Shown: positions 1 through 12,300 of the stretch, piece after piece
Layout of the letters: each line of letters opens with the position of its first letter
Position numbering within the stretch: the stretch's first letter is position 1
NCBI GenBank assembly: GCA_017499595.2
Contig: CM038999.1
Coordinates: 372,001 to 436,000 of the forward strand
Length of the DNA stretch: 64,000 nt
Source: Psilocybe cubensis
Taxonomy: Eukaryota
Reading direction: 5' to 3'
Made by a program: the position numbers and the translations under genes
Notes under the pieces: generated by a model
Database searches by the model: none
Told to the model about the DNA's origin: nothing
What the model saw: only the letters and a program-made list of their open reading frames with translations

Positions 1-36
1 GATCGATACATCGAGGTCTGGTACAGCAAGGTCACC

Positions 37-648
37 ATGGATTCTGTTAACAAGTTCCTCGCAAATGGCTGTCAATATTTGCCAGAGCAATGGGGACAAG
101 GATTCTGGGCCATATTATCTTCTATTTTATCGGTAATTGCCGAGTTCATGGAGTGCTTTGTTATGCTTCTTTTCCTGGTGCACTCCTTCTATGGTCGATT
201 TGAAGTTTATTTCATTGGGGTCTTTAAGGTGAGAGGGTTCACCATTGACCTGGGAACTATCTCATTTCGGCAATAGATAATTGCAGTACTTCTGTTACTT
301 GGTGGTGCATCGCTATATTTTAGGCAATTAACGACCGTCCAACGCCTCTTCAACGTCAATGGCAAGCGAAGGAAGAAACTACGCTTATCTTCTGTGTTGG
401 CTATTCTATCGGTTATTGTCGAGTTCATGGAGTGCTTTCTTATACTTCTTTTCCTGGTGCACTCCTACTGTGGTCAATTTGAAGGTTATTTCATTGGGAT
501 ATTTAAGGTGAGCGGGTTCATATTTTACCTAGGAACTATCTCATTTCGGCAATAGATAATCGCAGTACTTCTGTTACTTGGTGGTGCATTGCAATTTTTT
601 AGGCAATTAACGGCCGTCCAACACCTCTTCAACGTCAATGGCAAGTGA
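37..648 (+). CDS. Small hydrophobic (membrane) protein built from a tandem 279-bp duplication; may be 5'-partial
   Basis: Removing two 48-bp GT-AG introns (229-276, 508-555) gives a continuous frame ...FIGVFK|IIAVLLLLGG...FIGIFK|IIAVLLLLGG...NGK* with stop TGA at 646-648. Confidence 0.5.
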
Positions 649-663
649 ACGAAGAAACGATGC
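123..663 (+). repeat. Tandem duplication, period 279 bp, two diverged copies
   Basis: gagttcatggagtgc occurs at 142 and 421, and the flanking sequence aligns with scattered substitutions. Confidence 0.9.
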
Positions 664-1665
664 AGACGTCATGGTATCTGTATGCGCCTTGTTCTTTGGG
701 CACATCCTGAACGTCTCTATATTCCCGACGTCTTCAGATACACCTATCCGCACACGGTGAGAATCATCGACTTTGGCAGCAGTACAGGGGGTCAAGGGTT
801 GAGAAACCCCCGGCATTCAGGCATTGTCTGAGGAGATGACTCGCTGTCGTGTTGTCGTCGTCTTGTCATGATAGTCACAAGCGCTTAGGTGCGTTTCTAA
901 TTCCACAGCAACTGCTTAATTTTCATATTGATCTTCATTGGCTCTTCTTCTCAGGACACTCCTCGTACTATTCTTTTATCGCTTCTACCAGCAACATTAT
1001 CACCAGCATCGTTACCAAGCAATCATTATTAGCGATATCATTACCAGCATCATCATTCTAGATTTCATTTGGATGTTATCCAAGCCTCTCAAGTCGATGA
1101 GTACGGTGTCGACCCCACAAGTCCTACCAACTATCCCGCAAGTCTCATTCAAATCCAAATGACTGTCGCTACACAAGAGTGCCTCAACCACTTCACTGTT
1201 GACGAGTCCACCATGCACGATAACCTCGGTCGGTGTTTCATTGGTCATATTAATTTCCTTGATCTAACGTAGCAACAGATCATGGTGTCGATTCCCTAAG
1301 TCTCAGAGGAGATCCCAAGTCATGGAGTGTCGTTGTCTTTGCCCATCCTAGTGTGTATTTAACGTGTTTACATACCTCAATCTCTCATATTGACGACAAT
1401 TCTATACAGCCTCTCCCTTTGTCTACCGAAGTAGCGCCTTCAGCGGGGAACACCTTTCTGTCAGTTCCCCTGCGCTGCCTGTGTACATCGGTCGAGATGA
1501 AACGGATGGATCAAGACAACTCAGCAACATCAACTGGAAGATTTACACGGCATTTGGACTAGGACTCGTCGCACTTCTAAGCCTACTCTTCTGACACCTC
1601 CAATGCACCGTCACAAACCCACCAGCACCGGCAGACCGGCCAACCTTGCAGTACATACGATATGA

Positions 1666-2007
1666 CTCTCTTTCCAGCTTCGGTCGCATGCAAGAACAGA
1701 AGCTCGATACTCTATTCGAGTGTCGCTTCAGTGGATGCAAATGCAATCGATACATCGAGGTCTCGGGCACATCCTGAACGTCTTTATATTCCCAACGACT
1801 TCAAGATACACCCATCCGCACTCGTAGAGCAGCATCGAAATTCCTCTCTTTCCAGCTTCGGTCGCATGCAAGAACAGAAGCTCGATACTCTATTCGAGTG
1901 TCGCTTCAGTGGATGCAAATGCAATCGATGCATCGAAGTCTCGGGCACATCCTGAACGTCTTTATATTCCCGACGTCTTCAAGATACACCCATCCGCACT
2001 CGTAGAG
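1666..2007 (+). repeat. Near-identical tandem repeat (period 178 bp), with a diverged partial copy at ~698-760
   Basis: ctctctttccagcttcggtcgcatgcaag starts at 1666 and 1844. gggcacatcctgaacgtct occurs at 698, ~1765 and ~1943. Confidence 0.9.
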
Positions 2008-2550
2008 TTCACCAACACAGTAGATAAAATGAGACCTTACATGACTATCCTCTTCCCTTTTAAAGATCTCAGTCGATTAGGTAGAGTTTCAAAGAGTAAG
2101 GGACTGGGTATCGATTATACTGTCATAGAGTCAAACAGTTCTGGCATTCATTAGGGGTGAGATTACGCACGAGTATCTACGAAGCACTTTAATCAATTTC
2201 GAGCCGTTCATACGGGGATATATGGTCAAACTTGAGAGACCAGCCTATACAGATGTCTACGAGGAACAGTGAGATCGTGCTCGAAAACAGCTGGGAACGA
2301 AACAATTGGCTAGCGGTTCTAGAGGGAAAACCGTGACAATCCTTAACCAATCCTGACCTAAACCCCTAGAAATACTTTCCAAAAACTCTTGTAATGATAT
2401 TTTCTTAGTATAGTTCTTGAATGATTAGAATAGATTCCGGCAGGAAAGATAAGCATGAAGATGCATTCATATTGATCAGCACATTCGGTTGCGTGAAACA
2501 AATTGGAATTTGGATATTCAATTACTTGAATATAAACTGCTAGAGACAAA

Positions 2551-3635
2551 TTACCAGGACGCCCTGCTTCCGTCAACATTGATGAATTGCCCTCCATCTT
2601 TTTCCCTAGTCGACTCGTCGATAATGTTCAACAAAAGAACAGCAACCTTATCTGCAGTTGGAAATTCTCCATATGTCTGAATGACGGCTTGCAGAGCTCC
2701 GGATGCATCTGTCTCTTTGCTATAGTCAACTGTTATGTTAAATTAGTGTTTAGTATTAAACAACAAAAGGTTTGTTGTCAGGACTTACACATATCTGTGT
2801 CGACACCGCCTGGAGAGAGAGGAAATGTAACTAAGGTAATGTTAGTATTCTCATTGGTTCATATCGTTAAAAGACTATAACTCACTGAGCCACTCGTTTT
2901 CGTAGTGGATTTTACGGGTAATCCAGTTCAAAGTCGCTTTGCTGGACGCGTATGGGGTATTCCTCATATCGAGAGATATAGTTGGCTCCGAAATTGATCC
3001 AACAAGACTACTGATAGGCACGAAGCGAGGCTGCTTGCTTTTCTTCAACAGGTTGTACAGAGCTTGGAATAGTACGACCGGGCCAAGTACATTAGCCTGA
3101 CATGAAGATGATGCATCGTCAGAAAATATCCATATATCATTTCAATTATGTTCAGCGGCATACCTTGAAATGGTCCTCCAGATCACTAACGAGGACGTCA
3201 TTTACTCTATTATTTCCCGCAAGCAAGCCTAAGAATCCCGGATTCAGTATAAATTCTGGTGTGTCGACAGGACTTGAACGTTGAACACTTACTGGCATTT
3301 CCGATAACGGTGTCCACCCTTCCATGACGCTCTTCGATTTCTTTTGCCAAAGCCTTATTGCCTTCGACATCCGCGGCAACCCACTTGACAATCGCTAGTC
3401 TGGAGGGATATTTCTTCTTGAGTTCGTCAAGCGCCGGGGCCTTGCTCGGATCCCTGGCAGTTGCGTAAACGAACGCATCCTCGTGTTTGGAGAGTATCAG
3501 TGCAGTAAGGGCATAGCCTAGAATGGAACGTAAACAATGAGACGCTGATTTCAAGACGAGAAGGAAGGTGATCGTACCAACACCACGTGGACGGTTGGCG
3601 CCAGTGATAAGATAAACAGTAGATGGAGAAGACAT
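2551..3635 (-). CDS. Short-chain dehydrogenase/reductase (classical SDR), multi-exon
   Basis: N-terminal VYLITGANRPRGVG Rossmann motif, GRVDTVIGNA, NVLGP, catalytic YASSK, SPGGVDTDM, and C-terminus ...GGQFINVDGSRASW*. Confidence 0.9.
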
Positions 3636-4928
3636 GAGGCTAATTTCTATGGGTATGGTGTACTTTGTTTGGAGATGGTGAAGTTGTGTGATGCTAAAAC
3701 AGCCAGAGAAACGGCGTTATATAGGTGGGCCCCTGCTTGGTGCTTATGCATGATTTGAGACACGACGACACCAGAGTGCCTATTGCGGTGTCCTACAGCT
3801 GACATACTCGTCCAGAGGATATCAAATCGAGCATTGAAGTGTGCTGCCGCCAACGACTCGAAACGACGGCAGCAGATGTGTGTTTGTAATTAGCAAACCA
3901 ACATATATCACGGGCAATGACGTTTACTTCGAGTTATTTTTCAGCCTTACGAACCAAGGCTTGGCAGTCTTGTTTTGGAACTTGCGGACAACCCATTTCA
4001 TTTCAGTGTTTGTCATGTCCATCAAAATGCTTGATGATACAATCCAGCTTGAATCCAGCGAGCATTTCCACGATTAGAAATGGTGAGTCGATATTACTGT
4101 GTTGTTAGCGTGTTTGCATAAATGCTTATTATGGAGAAGTAATAACCAGGAAAGCTATTAGAGAGGGCTAAGTGGGACTGTGGAGGGCTATGTAAGGGTA
4201 TGTACTAGGTTGAAGATCACAAGATTTCCTTAGTTATCAATTACTCACGCTCTCTAGCCCCCCAACTTGATTGTCGCATGCCTGTAAATAGCGATGTTTG
4301 ATAGCGCGAATCTAGAAAGATGCCAAAGCAGGGACTCGAGGTTATGTCTCCCGGTTAGCGCCCACCACAGATTTATTGTGCTATTAATATCTTCAAGGTC
4401 AATTCAAACCTTTCTGATGTTGTCGGTAAAGATATTCAATTGCGCGCTCAGAATCCATCAGCCAGTATATGCAAGGGTGTGCCTTGCATCAAATCAGTGC
4501 GTGCGCCCCACTACAGTCAGCCCTGCGCGGCAATGGGAAGAAGATAAAACAAGGATACAGAAAAGAGATATAGGTATTAGAGTCAATTGCATACATTAAC
4601 CAATGTCATTAGGAAGTAAAAACCGAAAACATCTCGATGAGTAATGATAAAAAACAACAGCGATAAAATTGGAAAAAATGCAAGGTGGAGATGATTGCGG
4701 TTGCTGATGATCGCAAAGGGCCGGGAATTGGCGCAGAGGAGATCATTCAGAAATCAGCAGGTACTTGATGGAGATCGTCAAGCCGTCGATCTATTGTCGG
4801 TTTGAAGGCAATAACTACCAGGATGGTGCTATGTCCGCCCCAAGCTGAAAGAAAATGTTAAATAAAGTCCAATAAACCTGATCGACGATAGAATTGCAGG
4901 CAAAGGTGACGAGCACATGGCCACGATA

Positions 4929-6384
4929 TCAATGTATTGCAGCAAACATCGCCGCTGACTGAATCAAAGGCGGTGATTGCGACTGAGATGAGTGGGACGA
5001 CGAGTGAGGCGAGCTCGGCGTTGAGCTGGGTACATCAGCCCACGCCGATGAACCAAACACATCATCCTGAACCGGCATATTCGCGATGCGGAAGCGAGGC
5101 GTTGGTTGAGAGTCGTCCTCTGGTGACTGTACTGGTGGTGATAGCAGTGTGTTTGCTTCCAGCGGGTGATCATCCTCATGTCGGACGGCATCTGGGGCAG
5201 GTGAAGGTGGAAGGGGTGGGTAAGCCTCCAAGACTAGGGAATCTGGGCGAGATTTGATTGCCACTTCTGATGATGACCGTGAATGGCCGCGTGGATAGCT
5301 GGTGGTAGAATGGTTCACTTCTGGCTTTGGAGAGGCCAGTGGGTTTGACTCTCGTAGATGTGCATTCTCGACGTCAATCAAGCGCAAAGCGCTCTTGAGA
5401 GCCTCCTTCTCCAGTTTGACTTCTTTGAGTTCATCCTCAGTCTCTGCGCGCATCTTCCTTTCCGTGGCCACCATTTTGTTCGCCTGTAATCAAATTGAAA
5501 TTAATCTGGAGGATGAGAATTGGAAATACACACCTCTTCGAACAAGGCCTGCGAAAGAGACTCTAGTTCCTCCTCCAAAGCTGCTTTCTCCTCTGCGATT
5601 TTTTTCTTGGCCTTTCTTTCCTTCTCTAACTCCGCACTCAACTCCTCCAGCTCTTTCGAGCGTACCGACGACAACGATGGCATCGAAGGTGACGTTAGAT
5701 GATGAGTCTGCACTCCAGGGATTTGAGGGCTCGAAACCAGGGATGAAGAGCCAGATGGAGTACTGGGGCGACTCGCCGGTCGAGGGTTGGTGTTTGTGTT
5801 CCCACTAAAGCGAAATTTAAAAAAGCGATTGTCCTGGGTCGATGGTGTACTGGCTGACGGAGGAGGCGATGGATCTGAGGACGGAACGTAGTGATCTACA
5901 GATTGTGAACGTTCTAATGACGTTCTTGGGTTCTCTGCTTCTCGAGCGCTAGTTCGACGCCAACCGACGTCTTTGGACTGTCCCGTTGTATCTCTTTTGA
6001 GCGCATCTTCCAACATCTCGTTGTTGGCTATAACCAGCTGCAAATTAGACTTGGCCACGTTGAGTTGAACTTCGAGATCAGCTTGCGTTTTGTACGCTTC
6101 GCTGAGCAGTGCAGACTGTGAAAAGTTCCACCATCGATGAACAAGAACCCAAGAGATTTAACAGGGGGTTTACTCACCAATTCGGAGACCCTGTTTATGA
6201 CCATGCTCAAAGCTGATCGCAAGTCATCCTCCTGTCCGTCGGAATGTACTCTTCTAGCGTCGTGAAGTTCTTCCTCCACTTTCAGAAATATTGGGTGCGA
6301 TGATGACTTCTGTTGGGTAGCATTGAGATGCAGACTATCGGAACGCCGTGGTATTCCATTAACACTAGATGGGAAGTGTAGCAT
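4929..6384 (-). CDS. Sec2-like Rab GEF coiled-coil domain protein
   Basis: The spliced sequence ALEEELESLSQALFEE|ANKMVATERKMRAETEDEL matches the Sec2p N-terminal signature. There are 3 exons and Ser/Pro-rich flanks. Confidence 0.8.
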
Positions 6385-6807
6385 CGGGGAACTTTTCAAT
6401 ACCCAGTAAACCAGAAAAAGGTCTTGGGCGAAGGCGATATCAGAGAACAAAGCCAAAGCTATCCCCCGTCGCCGCCGTCAACAGTCTGTGACATATGTGT
6501 GACCTGACCTGCCGTGCAGCCGTTTATAGTCTAATCGGGATCAAGGGAATCCAACCTTTTGACATGAGCGACTGTTACATGCCTTGTACATCTGGGACTG
6601 CCTAATAGCTAATTAAAACAGGGGAGTAAACGTCTAACTCCTCTGAATTATACAGTGTATGATACAGCTGATTTGTTTCGAAAACTTTGAGATAGAACTC
6701 ACAATTAACTTGTCCAGGAATACAGAGATCAGGCTTCCAATAGTTCGTGCTCATGCATAGTATTAATTAATATTGTATCAGCGAGATCAAGCAAGTAATA
6801 GTACAAA

Positions 6808-7979
6808 TCATCTAACAGCAACATACAAACCTTCCACAGCGACATTGGCTTGCCATATCCCGACCTTTCTCACCGCTCTCAGCATTGCAGGGGCAGGGAG
6901 GACAAGCACAAATGCAGGGATGCCAATCGCTACAATAGCGATGGAGATGAGTAATGTGATGGCGGGTTTGATAACGATGAAATAGAATAGAGCCTGATAC
7001 GATGTAGGGTCTGTGAACTATAAAAACCGTGAGATTGAGCATCGACTCTATAAGATCTTTGAATAGATGGCAGCGCACCATGGCATAGGTGTTTTTATAG
7101 AACGAGTTTTCGCGAACTAAACCCTGTCTTGTGTGACCCATCTCGACTTCCGTTGATGTTGGTTCTCGATAACGGGTGAATATGGGCCGAGGCGGATAAG
7201 GTGGGGTATGATTGAATGGCGCGTGAAACCGAGTCTGAAGTGCAAGCTCTCCCCTCGCGAACGCTCTAGCCCCCAGCAAATCGAAGAAGCAAAGAACAGC
7301 GCCCAGTGGTAATGCTACCAGGAGCGTTGTTCCAGTCTTTCAACTGAATCAGACAATCGAGAAACATAACATGATGATACAGACGCACCACTGTGAACAC
7401 AAACAGGTATACCCATGCTATCAGTCCGTATGGAAAGTTCAGCACTGCCAGGTGGAATAATGCCCTGTAGTAAGACTTGACGAATATAGGGCGGAAATAT
7501 CGTTTCCATGCAGCTCTGGAGAAGAATCCCGTCCCTCGTTGCTGAGTAGAAGTGGCTGGCACAGTGGAGTCTGACTGTCCAACTACTCTCAAAGGCGTAT
7601 CGTCCTCATCTCCTTGGAATAGCGAAAGCACAGTATGGGCTAGCGACGGCGCAGCAGACATGGTGCTCGTGAATGAATGGGAACGTGGTCTGCCAGACGC
7701 AGGCCCCTGGTGTACATAGCGTGGATGGGTATTCGTTCCAAGGAATGGCGTCGTCTCCGTTGGCAGAACATCTTCATCAGCATAATCATCTGTTGGATAC
7801 TGTGTATCTCCCGAGGAGCTTTGGGAGATCTGTAGCCGGGAGTGCTGGCTCCTTCTTGATGTGCGCACTCGCCGCTCTCTTGATGGGTACGGGTACGGTG
7901 GTGGTGGATCTGCTGTTGCCGTGTCGCATACATCTGTCAACACCGGAGGCGTCGAGGGAGGTTCTGATTCATTGGCCAT
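6808..7979 (-). CDS. Multi-pass membrane protein resembling the 'putative sensor' (PF13796-like) domain, with an N-terminal PPPY motif
   Basis: LFHLAVLNFPYGLIAWVYLFVFTV|TGTTLLVALPLG...ARAFARGELAL...FTDPTSYQALFYFIVIKP, 3 exons. The domain call is from remembered consensus. Confidence 0.65.
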
Positions 7980-9368
7980 GGAAGTTGGAAGCAAAGGACA
8001 AAAATGATACAGGTCGCCACGGTGGTTTTAGGTCATGTTCCCACATGCGGTTAAGGTTAACTTCCGTGGATTCTTATGTCGATCAGTTCCGGAGCCCCTA
8101 TTGCAACTACAACCTCTGACTGAAGCCTTGACCAAGCTAAGCACATATCCTGCATGGCATTACAGAATCTGAGAGCAGTTCGTGTTATTTGCATCGCTTT
8201 CGATAGACGAGCATAAATGTTCTAATGTAGTATGACTCTACTACATCATTGTAAAGGTTATAATTAATAGGAGTCACTGTGAAAAGGCGTTCAGCTATTT
8301 AAAAAATGTATCCTGAATGGCTTTCAGCGTTTCATTGGGGCAGATGAAGGACTCATAGACCACATCCACACAATCGTCAAACTCGGAGTCTAAGTGCGTT
8401 GATGAATCTTTTCATTACTCACCACGAGACATGGCTTCAAGGGGTACTATTAGAAGCAACTACCCTGAGAATACTTGTCTCTCGACGAGGCAATTGCATC
8501 CCAATCGTAGTTAACCAAACTGACTTTGAAGGCCAACAGTAGTTATCGAAGCGCTTACACCGTCGAGTGGGGACCAGCTTGCATGTTGATCCGGATAGGC
8601 GTCTATTCGGTTGAGGTTGGAAACTTAAATTCGTTGAATTGTGGAGCGGAAGATCTTGGGCTTTCCCCGTGTAAGTTTCTAACGGAACAAAAGCTCTGGG
8701 ATTGGCGTTGCGGGTGTTATACCTATATATCTCTGGGTCCGCTTTCCAGGAGACTGAATTCAAATAGAGCGTCTAATCTTACAACTTGAATGATATAGTA
8801 CCGGTGGGCTGTTGATGTTACCCCTTGTCCTCATCTGCCACTGTGATTGTTCCCAATCTAGCGACCACATCAAAAGCGTATACCCAGATCACAGTTCTTG
8901 ACACGGGCGTCCTTTCAATCAGCGCTCTTTGCCAAGATTTCTAGTGTTTAATATCATGAGACGCTAGTTCTTTGTTCTATTTTTAAATCCCGAACACCAC
9001 TGCATCGTAAATTTTCTATGCAGCTAAGTATAAATCTCTTGCTCGACATCAAAGACTATGAAAAAGGCACAGGCGTGCAGCCACTCTAGAGAAACTTTTC
9101 ATGGTTTTATGGTTTTTAGTCACAGAGGGCTATACATGCTTTGCCATGGTAATTAACATAGCTTGCTGGAACCTGAGTCCACCCAATCATCCTGAGATCA
9201 AACCTTCGCTATTAGCGGCAATCGCTTACGGCGTTCTCATACTTGCAGTCATCTCGTTAACATATCAAAAGGTGTCATCGAAGCGAAATCAGACATATAT
9301 CTCACGTTCCTCTGGAACTCTAGACGAAGCTACTTCTACTTCCATTTCCACTTTATTCAGGAGCAAAC

Positions 9369-12300
9369 ATGGGGCCGACCTACCTTACTCCAAACAACTT
9401 CACTTCTGAGCCTGACGAAGTTCATGAAACGCTACTCGTTGAGGCATATACATCCACCCTCTCAGTTCCAGCAACGGGGGAAAAAGATGATAAGAGGATG
9501 AGTATGTCTCCATGAAGTGAACGTGGTTGACCCTGCCGTTAATCAGGTTTGACAGATACTTTGGACTCTATGGAGTCAGAGACAGATGCGCGTTGGGCGT
9601 GGTTCCACAACTTTTACGAGGCGAATGCAGAACTGATAGCTGCCCGGCCGCGAGGGATCACCTCAGAATCAAAGAATATCGAAGAGTCGATGAATACGTT
9701 TTCGGAAGCCGCGCAGGCCACTGTGAAGGGTTTGCAATGCCTTGGACAACTCCATCCATTCATCGGAGGTACGTTCTATATCTGCCGCAGAAATTCAACA
9801 CACTCAATCCTGGCCAAGCCGCTGTTGGAGCTTTTATTCTAGTCATCACCCTTGATGTGTCGCGAAGAGAAAATGAACGAAAAGTGCTGGCCGTAAAATT
9901 TCAGATGCGGGATCTCATGGCTGTTTTCTTCGAGTAAGTACTACCAGTAGATATCTTATCGCACAGACTGATGCGAATATTTGTTACCTCGCAGGCTTCG
10001 ACATTTTCGCCACTCAAACATCGCCCAGGGACATGATGGAGTGTCCATCGCTGAGCGATTGAAGGGGCTGATGACTATCATCGCGAAGGATGTGAGGAGT
10101 TGCGCATCAGACTGCGACGCATATCTGAAAAAGGGCTTACTCGGTGAGTATTGATAACATTCTCGGTTAGCTCTATGGAATAACTTACCTGTCAACAAAA
10201 AATGCAGCCAGAACCGTCAAGGCAACTGCTTACGAGACACGTCTAGCCGAATATGTTACACGGTTTGAAGAATATAGACGGAAGGTGGAGCTTGCATTCG
10301 CAATGCACACATCGTTGGGAGTTGACGTGGCGAATGATAAATTGACTGGGATCGAGAGTCGGCTTCGCTCCATCGAAGATAGAATCCAGGACACGTTGGC
10401 TCTTTTTCGCAGGCTGGAAACTGTACGAGAGCATGATTTGAAGAAATTCATTGAAGAGCACGGTGGAGTGAAGGCGTGCTTGAGCAATGATGAATCCCTC
10501 GAAGAACTTGTTCTGCGAAGCGGTGAAGCCTCCTCTAGGATATCGGGGAGAGATACATCAAGAAGATCGAGCGACTTGCCTTCAATAAGGAAACGTTTGC
10601 TCAAGGAGGTGGCAGAGGACATAGATGAGGCCTTCGAGCGAAACATGGTCCTTTTCGAGAGAAAACTGGAGATGCAGAAAAGGCAGATGGAGGACACAGT
10701 TATCCACGAATCTGATCGAGTGATTCAAACGCTAACTGCTGGCGCTCACGACCAAATCCTCGATCCGGTGAGTTCTTCGACATTATTTCGGTGTCTGTGT
10801 GTGACTTGAACGCAATTAGGATCTTCAAAAAATCTGGAAAGACATGGCATGTCAATTCACTATGACTATGGAGTAAAACACTTACTCTGCTTTATAGAGT
10901 TGGAAAGGCAGTGTTAAAGCCAGGCATTTTGTGTTGGCTCTTCACGACTACTACACCGATAAGCTCAGTAAGGCTAGGAAAGACTCTCCAATCATAGAGG
11001 GCACTGGATTAACATCGCCACTGCATCGTCCGCCTTTACGATCTCCTTCTAGCAGCGCATTTAAGAGGCAAGACGATAAGTGGGCTCTGGCCTACATAAA
11101 CGCAGCATACGTCCAACCCATCCTGGAAGCGGTCGATGACGACGGGACGGGATTTGTAAGTGTGAAAGAAGTGAATACCTTTGTCAAGGAGCGGCCAGAC
11201 GGGTGGAGGTTAGTATGTGGCTAATCAACCGATTTTAACCTTACTCACGTATATATTACAGTCTTCCACACTGGATCGCATATTGGGCAGTCGGTGAGTT
11301 TCGTGTAGTACTTTCGGTTTGAATTGACTATAATGCACACTTCTAGGTTGGCAAGCAAGTATTTCGATGTATAAAAATAAAATATACTCGCTTGTTCAAA
11401 CGATGTTCCAAACATTGGAACACGTTCTTCCGTCAAACAGGCATGCGGTGGACGAGTATCTATTCCATGAGTCCTTCTGGAGAATAGAGCTTCTTCTACG
11501 ATCCACCCGTTCAGCTAATCATAAAGTGATGCAAGATCCAGACTTGGCGAGGATTACGGATGCCTATGCTACAGCAGAGGAGGAAAGGCTCCAGAGAAAT
11601 TTAAACAGCGTTTCATTTGAATTGGATACCCCAGCTACTGTCTCCCTTGTAACTGGGGAAGGAAGAATAGAACGAGTGAGTACATCTTGTGAGATCTGAG
11701 GATTTGAACGGCACTGACCCAATCATGCTCACAGTATATTTTCCCGCTCCTCTACCTTCTACTTCGTCGTCATTTGAAAATTATGATGATTGCATGCAGG
11801 CATGTTATTCACACAGAGGAGTTAGCCGCCCATAGCGAATCGCTGGTGTCGATCTTGTTGTCCATCGACTATCGGATCCAAAGTTTGGAAGGTAAGAAGA
11901 CACGAAATTTTGATGCGTCGCCACGCCATACTCACGGCCACGTGAATCCAGCGGTTTTCAAACAAACCCATCTCGATGTGCAAGGTCGTCTGGGCAATTT
12001 TGCTTTCGGTATCGTGAGTACTGGGAAGTTCTACCGTTTTAACCATTACTGAAAGGGCATAGTTCCAACTTTCGTATGGAGACATCAAGCGGGCGCCTAT
12101 CCACAACTCCTTCGGGTCATGGGTCAATGACGATGAGTCCGGATCCTTGGACGTCGAGCCTTTGCCTCTGCAATGTATAAAGGAGAAGGTCGCGACTTTA
12201 CCTGTTTCTTCAATCTTGCGGTACGGTATACAGGACGCGTATCTTGCCACGGAGTACTTTGAATTCGAGCCTGCTCGCCTTGCCCGGACTGCTCATGCAA

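Noticed and set aside
1069-1562. Possible spliced plus-strand gene
   Set aside because: Splice sites are plausible, but there is no clear start or recognisable product.
10510-10560. EASSRISGRD in the large gene as the ancestor of the YSVASSRT motif
   Set aside because: Only ASSR matches and the DYG..Y.RMALS half is absent, so the match is too weak to claim.
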